Shown here piece by piece: positions 46,949-59,409 of a stretch of DNA of 59,409 nt. The stretch is from assembly GCA_002269645.1 (NCBI GenBank), contig NIVC01003630.1:1-59409 (forward strand), written 5' to 3'. Under the pieces are notes generated by a model. The model saw only the letters and a list, made by a program, of their open reading frames with translations, was not told the DNA's origin and ran no database searches. This DNA comes from Macrostomum lignano (lineage: Eukaryota). The translations under genes were made by a program, and so were the position numbers. Numbering within the stretch: position 1 is the first letter of the stretch; every line of letters begins with the position of its first letter.

Positions 46949-47836
46949 CTACGTGCACCGACATGGAGTTGGCCAATCTGTGCGTAGATACGCCATGCGC
47001 ATCAGGTGCCCTTTCAACATCTTGATAAAGTGTTTCAATTGGTCATGTTGAGCTCTCAGGATCCTGTCGAGCACAGCTAGGAAGTCAGAGCCTAGGCTGA
47101 GGTCTGCAGCGCTGGCTGACCCACAAGCCGCTGCATCCTGTGGCCGCTTCGGGACCGTAGACGGCGCTGGCATTGGAGCTGCCATCAATTTTGGCGCAGG
47201 CTGCCCGCCGATTGCTGCTACTGCTGCCGCTGCGGCTGCTGGCCCTTGGCAGCCGGCTGCTGCTACTGCCGCTGCTGCTTGTTGTCCTTGCCCACCAACT
47301 GCTGCCGGCGGCCTCGGCTGAATCGGCCGGAATTGACTGGCGAGACAAATAGCGCTTTTAGCGCCTTGTGGCTGCTGCTTTATGATGGCCACAATGACAG
47401 GCACCGGCCTGTTGGCTTGGTCGCTAAGCAGCTGCACTCGGGCCTTTGGGTCGTGTGGAACCAATGGCTGGTTCCCCAGGGCAGGCCGCTTAGCTGACTG
47501 TGCACCTTCTGTCTCAGTAGATGTCCTCTTGATAATCACCAACTTTAGCCGCTTGGTCGGGCAATCCTCTTCGTCCTCCGCCACCACGGTGCTGTTGTTG
47601 GGCGTCACTGCCGCTACTGCTACCATCACGGTGTCATCTCCTGATGACTTCATTATTGCTGCCATCACGGCGTTGTCACCTGACGTCTTTGCTGGTTCTG
47701 CTGCCATCACGGTGTTGTCTCCTGATGTCTTTGCACTTGCACTTACTTCAATTTCCTCTACACTTCCTACCTCAATGTCAGCTAAAATCTTGTCTAAGAT
47801 ATCATCTTCTGCCATTATATCAATCGTATCTTCCAT
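46949..47836 (-). CDS. Uncharacterised 295-aa ORF (from the first ATG) downstream of the Gypsy pol remnant
   Basis: Long open frame with an acidic N-terminus, short internal repeats (AKTSGDN.VMAA), Ala/Gln-rich linker and helical C-terminus. Promoter-like elements lie upstream. Confidence 0.55.
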   Translation of the reverse strand: MEDTIDIMAEDDILDKILADIEVGSVEEIEVSASAKTSGDNTVMAAEPAKTSGDNAVMAAIMKSSGDDTVMVAVAAVTPNNSTVVAEDEEDCPTKRLKLVIIKRTSTETEGAQSAKRPALGNQPLVPHDPKARVQLLSDQANRPVPVIVAIIKQQPQGAKSAICLASQFRPIQPRPPAAVGGQGQQAAAAVAAAGCQGPAAAAAAVAAIGGQPAPKLMAAPMPAPSTVPKRPQDAAACGSASAADLSLGSDFLAVLDRILRAQHDQLKHFIKMLKGHLMRMAYLRTDWPTPCRCT

Positions 47837-47933
47837 TACGGAACTATCACAATCCAACACAGTCAATCAATACCAAAACGGTTACTAGCTGTCAACAGGA
47901 CTATAATTGACTTCCAATCACCTCTGGGTGTTT

Positions 47934-48083
47934 GTTTATATAGGCGTGGCACCCCACCCCAGGCATTGTTTGTTTTAAATTGCCTATCAGTTCATTTAAT
48001 CAAAAGCTGAATTTTCATTGGCTGACTGCCCTGATTTCCCAGTTGACCACTCCTGGCCTTCCTAATAGCTGGCCTCTAATTGG
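47934..48083 (-). promoter_or_regulatory. CCAAT-CCAAT-TATA promoter-like module
   Basis: CAGCCAAT at about 48079-48086 and 48017-48024; CCTATATAAAC at 47934-47944, about 100 nt upstream of the ATG at 47836. Confidence 0.5.
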
Positions 48084-48215
48084 CTGTTTCGATTTCCTTC
48101 TCTCACCTAATGAAATCCCATTTGTTTGCTCGCTCCGTGCCTTACCCTGCTACTAATTCTTCCCTGATTCAGAATTTCAGTCTCTCTAATAGGCTCCACA
48201 CAGAGATTAGCCTTT

Positions 48216-49780
48216 TCAGATAGCACTGACATCTGTTTGGGGCTTGGTCTGACTGCGCGTGTAATAGCGTGCAAAGCGACTATAATAGTTACATAATCCT
48301 AGAAAGCTTTGTAATTCCTTCACCTCCTTTGGCTTCGGCCAACTCTTAATAGCTTCTATTTTTGTCTCGTCGGTACTAATGCCTTCTCTACCGATTACAT
48401 GGCCCAAGTATTTTAGCTCACTATGGAATAAATTACATTTCATGGCTCTCAACTTTAGTCCTGCATTAATAAGTCTTTGGAAAACTTCCTTCAAATGCTC
48501 TAAATGCTCTTCAAATTGTATCAAATAGGTCACGATGTCATCTATGTACGACATGGCATATTTATGCTGAATGCCCGCCAATACAAGATTCATGAGCCTT
48601 TGAAAAGTGCCTGGCACATTAGATAGACCTTGCGCCATCACCTGATACTCAAATTGCCCTCTAGTTAAAGTTGAAAATGCAGTCATGTGTTTATGCTCTT
48701 CCTTAATTGGAACCTGCCAATAACCAGAATTTAGGTCAAGGCTACTAAAGTACTGACTGCCCATCAAATGCAAGAATGTTTTCTGAATATTAGGCAATGG
48801 ATATGGGAAATAATTTACCCTAGAATTTAGTACTCTGAAATCACTCACAATGCAAATAGTACCATCCTTCTTGGGTACAATCACTAAGGGTGTTGAGTAC
48901 ATAGAGTAGCATGGTTGAATTAAATTCTTAGCTAGCATGTCATCTAACTGAGCATCTACCTGCTTCTGAAGATGAGGGAGAATCCTTCTAGTCAGGATCC
49001 TTACAGGCATCTCATCCTTTAATGAAATTTCATGCGTCACTAGCTGAGTTAGTCCCATATCCAATTCATTCTGCGAAAAGGCTTCACCGTGCTCTCTCAT
49101 GAGCTGAATCACTATCTCCTTTTGCTCTTTTGTTAAATTCTTGCTAATATTAATTTCGCTAATCCAAGACTCATCATTAGATTGGGCCTGATTGACTCGC
49201 CCAGTAACTGGCTCTGGTTGATTTTTCTCACTAGTCAGATAGGTAAGTTCTCTAGCTCTCATTGGCTTGGCTAAACCTACTAGCGATGATTTTGGCAATT
49301 TAACTTCTACTGGACTCGAGTTCACGACTTCCACTATAGCTACTCCTTCATGCATAGTCACTAGAGTTGGATTCATCTCTAAAGTTTCCTCTCTTGCTCT
49401 CACGCCATTTCCATTGTCTCAATTGTCATCGGAGCTCCATAATTAGCTTCTGAGTTTTTTGCTAAGCGCACAGGAACTCGCAATGCACTGTTAGGTGGAA
49501 TGACTGCCTTTTCCTGCATGTACACTTGGCAAACCTTCAATGGAAGGTGGGTGTATTGCATAGGAATACATGTTCCTTCTTTCAAGATGAGCATACCTTT
49601 TGCTAGATGAATGCCCTCACACTGTTCTAGGAAAAACTCCATTCCAAGTATGTTGTCACACTCGTGGCTACATAATAGGAAATCAATTTCGATCTCAAAG
49701 TCTCCGAATTTCACTACAGCATGCACTTCGCCATCTAACTGAACTCTTGTTCTATCAAATGTGGAAACTCTCTTAAACAT
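48216..49780 (-). mobile_element. Ty3/Gypsy pol fragment (partial protease plus reverse transcriptase), truncated before RNase H
   Basis: NILGMEF protease motif; VPKKDG, DFRVLN, SLDLNSGYWQV, YIDDI, LKYLGH and SFLGLCNYY RT motifs. Confidence 0.93.
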
Positions 49781-51084
49781 AGCTCGTAGGCCCTTCTACA
49801 ACTGCTCAATACCTATTTAACTTTTAAATAGACTGATTACTTTATTTTATTTTATTTTAATTACTTTTCTTTTATTCAATTTAAAATCAGTAAGTTTATT
49901 AACTGTTTTAGCAAAGTATTTAGGGTCTATTGAAGGGCACTCATTAATTGCATGGTAACTGTGTAAATAGTACTATCATTATTAACATGTAACAAGTAAC
50001 TAAAATTAAGACTAGTATATAAACTAGTTTTATGTACTTCTTAAAGCTATATTTCTATAGCTTTATAATATAGTTCAGTTATATTTGACCACAAATCTAT
50101 CTTTTAAAGGCAAATAAGTTGCATTATTCTTTGTACTTTTAAAATACCTTTCATACTTTGAAAATGAGTATTACGTCTACATGTACAAGCTAAAAAAAAA
50201 TTCTAAGCTATAAAAACATCTAAATTATGCTTAAACTCCATCTACTAACTTTAGTTAGTTAAAATTCAATATAAAAATACAAGATACAGGGACAATATTG
50301 AGTAGTCCCTGATGGGATAAGTATTTAGATGGTATTTTTTTAGTTACCATGTTAAAAACACTGGCAATATTTACATGGTACCGTGCAAATAATGACTACC
50401 TTAATGAAGTGTATAACTAACTTCTATTTTTATTTTGCTATCAATATAATAAAAAAAATTATCTTTGTGCCCTTATTTATAGATTGTTTTACCTTCAGTA
50501 TAAATAAAATATAAATTGTTTGTCAAATCAAGACTTATTCCTTAATTTATATTATAGGCTTTTTCCTAAAATGTTTTTTCTTTGTCACTTTGTCACAAAA
50601 TTCATTTGTCCCAAATTTGTTGGCAGTGTCTTTTGCCAAAATGTCTTGTTGCCAAAATTACTAGTAGCCTAGGTATATTAAATATTAGGTAGTCTTGAAT
50701 ACCATTATTTTTTATTTAAAAAGATCAATATAATATATAGAGCAAGCATAGTATAATAGTATAGTATAAGTATTGTGTAGTATAATATTATAATATAATT
50801 TTTAATTTCATTAGGCCTATAGTATTAGTTGTTTGTTATTTTACATACTATATATTAGTATTATTTTTAGTAAAACTATTCAAATATATCTAGCTTAGGC
50901 CTATATGTATATAGATAAATTCCTATAAAATATTAAAAATGTATAAATGTATAAATGTCTTTTAAGAAAAATATATATATTTAAATAATTTTACTGAAAT
51001 GTCTTTATAATAATATGTAAAAGCAAAATATATAGATAAATAAAGTGATAGATATGTTTCTTATTTTTAAGAATATTAGGCCTA

Positions 51085-52650
51085 TATCCTCTTCCTGCCT
51101 AACCAGAATCCATAATTTGTCTGTTCCCGACTGCTTGGTAACTTGGTAAGCAGTGCTTACCATAGATATTTTATGGCATAGCATGTCATTTCCATTCCTG
51201 CCGGCTAGGCATACTGATCCAGCTTGGCTCAAACTGACGCACTAGATGGGAAGGAAATGAACAGCACTACTGCTTTAGCCAATAAAACAGTTTCACTTGC
51301 TGCCTGCTTTGTATGTGCTGCTTACCATAGAAATCTGTGCTCAGACAGCAAGTCCCCTTTGTAGATAAACTAGCTTTCTTACAGTAACACTCTTACCATC
51401 TTGTTTGTTAGCCTTTTCTTGCTAAATATGACACAGTATTTACTCACTGATATCCTAAAGTACATGGCTTCTGCCTCTGAGATCGACTACATGACCTCTG
51501 ACAGTGAAGCAAGCCTCAACTCCTACTTAACAATAGACAAGGAGCCTGGCGAGGAGGTTGGCGAAGAAGCACTGGATGGCAATCCTCCAACCATAGAAGG
51601 GCCTGACGGCGAGGAAGAACAGGAGTTTGCAGATGGCGATGCTGCTGAAGTTGAGAATGTTTGGCGACTTGTCGAGCCTGGGTCCAATGAAGGGACAGAA
51701 TGTTTTAAATTTACCGGAACTGCTGGCCTCAATCCGAACTTTGTAATTCCTGAGGATGTTGAGAAGGATAAGTCTTTATTTTTACAAATGTTTCTTTCTG
51801 AAGAGTTTTTCCAAGGCCTCGCTGAATGGACAAACGCCAAGATGGCCACCATGCTGATGGAACTGGATCCTGAGATGGACGTCCTTCCATCCATTGTATC
51901 TAGCTGGCGGGACTGCACCACAAGTGAGATAAAAAAGCTAGTCGGCATGCACCTGTACATGGGCCTGAACAAAAAGTCCAAGCTACATGACTACTGGAGC
52001 TGTGGAGCACAGACGATTTTCACTGCATACCTTACTTTCAGAAGCCCGAGGCGTTAGCTCGCGATAGATTCAAACAGCTGCTAACATTTCTGCGCTTCTA
52101 CGACAGCAGGGAAGAAGCAAGCGCCGACCCACATACACAAGATTCGTCCATTCATGAATCTGCTTTCCGCTAAAACTAAAGTTTTCATCCTTTCTGTTTA
52201 CTGTTTTTGGCTCTTGTCTTTATCTCAAATTAGTTCACAACTCTTGATAATTTATATTAGTTTCGCTAGTTATAGTTTCTGTAGTGCACAAGCCGTACGC
52301 TCTGTATGCGCAGTAAGTTCAATCAGCCAGAATATTATCAGGTTTTTCATTCTCGTTTTTGTTGTTTAACTCTGTTATTAGTAAATTCGATTTCAAACTT
52401 TATTAAAGCCTCTTCAAACAAAATGTGTGTTTTTGAACCAAAGCACAAAGAAACGTTATTGACAAAACAATTAAGAATGTAGAATGCAAAGCCTATTATT
52501 GTCAGAAAACAAGAAAACCTAGAATACTCATGGTAAGCAGTGCTTACCATATCCAGCAAGAATGGATACTACCAATTTAGCCATAGAATTTAATTTACTC
52601 TGGTTGGCAGAAAGTTGAGTTGGGCCATGGTAAGCACTGCTTACCATCAG
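51085..52650 (+). mobile_element. Internally deleted piggyBac-like element (transposase N-terminal part 51401 to about 52170)
   Basis: F.SEEF...LAEWTN, EIKKLVGMHLYMGL...LHDYWS, RDRFKQLLTFLRF and KIRPFM motifs of the PGBD/DDE_Tnp_1_7 family. Ends approximate; no clean TTAA. Confidence 0.8.
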
Positions 52651-53924
52651 TCTTTTCGTGGATATATAATTCTTTAACTAAATGATTTTAACTAAAGTTT
52701 TTTAAAACTGGCAGATGCACAACATAGATACAAGAAAAAAGCCCTAGGCCAAAAAATGAATAAAAAAATGCAATACAATTTGAAAATTACAAAACATGGC
52801 AAAAAGAATAGATAATGACTAAAATAAAAACCCCAAAATAGAATTCAATATTCTAAAACTATACTCAAAGTCTCAAACAACAATTATGTTATTCTTGCAA
52901 TGTTTTACATATGCTATGCTTTTGGCACTGCTGCTTGTCAACTACAACTCTCTAATATGCCTTGCTATTCAACTTTGCTATTCAATGTGATACCATTTGC
53001 CTTTCTTGAATCTACAAAGTGACACTAAAAATTTTTGAAAATGTAAAAGATGGCTGTCTATAATTTGTTAACTTATTCCAATAGGGATTAAATACCATTG
53101 GTAGACATGTTGGTAGTAGGCAAGTTTCTAGCAGATAAGCTTACTTGTATTTATTTTGACAAACAAGTTGGCAGTAGACAAAGTGACTAGGCCAGCCTAG
53201 AAGTGACCCTTCTTAAGCAAAATGGCTGTCTTTTTCTTTCAACTTTTGTTATCTTTTTGCTTACTATTTCTTTTCTTTTTCCTTTTAATTTTCCTTTTTT
53301 TTCCTCACTCTTTCTTATCTCTTCCCTTTCCTTTTCTCTTTTCCCTCTCTTTTCTTTCTTACCACTCTTTGCTCCTTTCTTTTTTTCTCTCTTTCCTTTT
53401 CTTTCTCCTTACTAGCAAGGAAACAAAAATTTAAAATTCTTTAGCTGAAAGTTAGCAAGAAATATTCTAGCCAAATTTGGCTTTGGATCTGAAATTTGTT
53501 AGTAAGAACCTTGCTAGCAAAATGTTAGGCATAGTCTGCTAGCACAATGTTTACTTATGAAAATTTAGCAAGCAACTGTTTAATAAGTAGGCCTATAAAA
53601 TATCTTGAACTATTTGTTTATTTCTCTTTGGCTGTCAGAATGACTAGAATGTATATTCTTAGTCGAAGTATAGCTAAGGCCAAAGTTCAAACTCTATAAC
53701 CTAAGCTCCCTCCCCTCCTCTTCTCTTTTTACTTTCATCTGGCTCACAGCCATGAGCTGGATTCTATATCTGGCCCTTTGGGTAAAAACGTTTGCAACCC
53801 ATGATCTACATACAGTTACTAAGCTTATCCCTATTATACTTAATAGTGCTAAAAGTTAGTCCACATTGATTAGCTTGAACCTCATATTAATTTAAATTCT
53901 CTTCCAGATCGACAGTCCACGTAA

Positions 53925-59000
<5,076 letters not shown>

Positions 59001-59029
59001 GTGGGTTGTGTGCTTCTGTGTAGCTCCCG

Positions 59030-59409
59030 TGCTTATCTCCCTCTGTACCCTCCGTCTTCCCCTCTATCACTCTGTACCCTCCGTCTCCCCTCTCTATCCC
59101 TCTGTACCCTCCGTCTTCCCCCTCTTTATCCCTCTGTACCCTCCGTCTTCCCTCTCTACTCCCTGTACCCTCCGTCTTCCCCTCTCTATCTTCTGTACCT
59201 CGTCTTCCCCTCTTTATCCCTCTGTACCTCCGTCTTCCCCTCTCTATCCTCTGTACCCTCCGTCTTCCCCTCTCTATCCCGTACCTCCGTCTTCCCTCTT
59301 ATCCCTCTGTACCTCCGTCTTCCCTCTCTATCCTCTGTACCCTCCGTCTTCCCCTCTCTATCCTCTGTACTCCGTCTTCCCCCTCTCTATCCCTCTGTAC
59401 CCTCCGTCT
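59030..59409. repeat. About 30-bp pyrimidine-rich minisatellite in HEATR5 intron 6
   Basis: CTCTGTACCCTCCGTCTTCCCCTCTCTATC repeated. Confidence 0.92.

Noticed and set aside
45334-47910. Plus-strand ORFs over the mariner and the 295-aa ORF
   Set aside because: Antisense shadows of the minus-strand frames.

Overview
Repeat-rich, intron-containing animal genomic DNA. The style (AT-rich introns packed with minisatellites) resembles a free-living flatworm such as Macrostomum, but the organism is my inference only. Two conserved host genes can be reconstructed: SPT2 (minus, 3 coding exons) and the 5' part of HEATR5B/HEATR5 (plus, 6 exons, runs off the window). The left 24 kb holds three copies of an unfamiliar type II membrane TSP1-repeat gene: one diverged paralog, and two near-identical TSP1x3-PAN-C-type-lectin copies inside a 7.7-kb head-to-tail duplication. 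Each copy lies directly downstream of a Crypton-like tyrosine-recombinase sequence on the same strand. The second duplicate unit carries a clean 3,543-bp non-autonomous Helitron insertion. The rest is decayed hAT, mariner, piggyBac, P-like, Gypsy, LINE, SINE and MITE sequence plus many unrelated tandem arrays. Most ORFs in the supplied track are repeat or antisense artefacts. All family calls come from motif recognition by eye; no searches were run. Several 1-nt homopolymer frameshifts could be long-read assembly errors.
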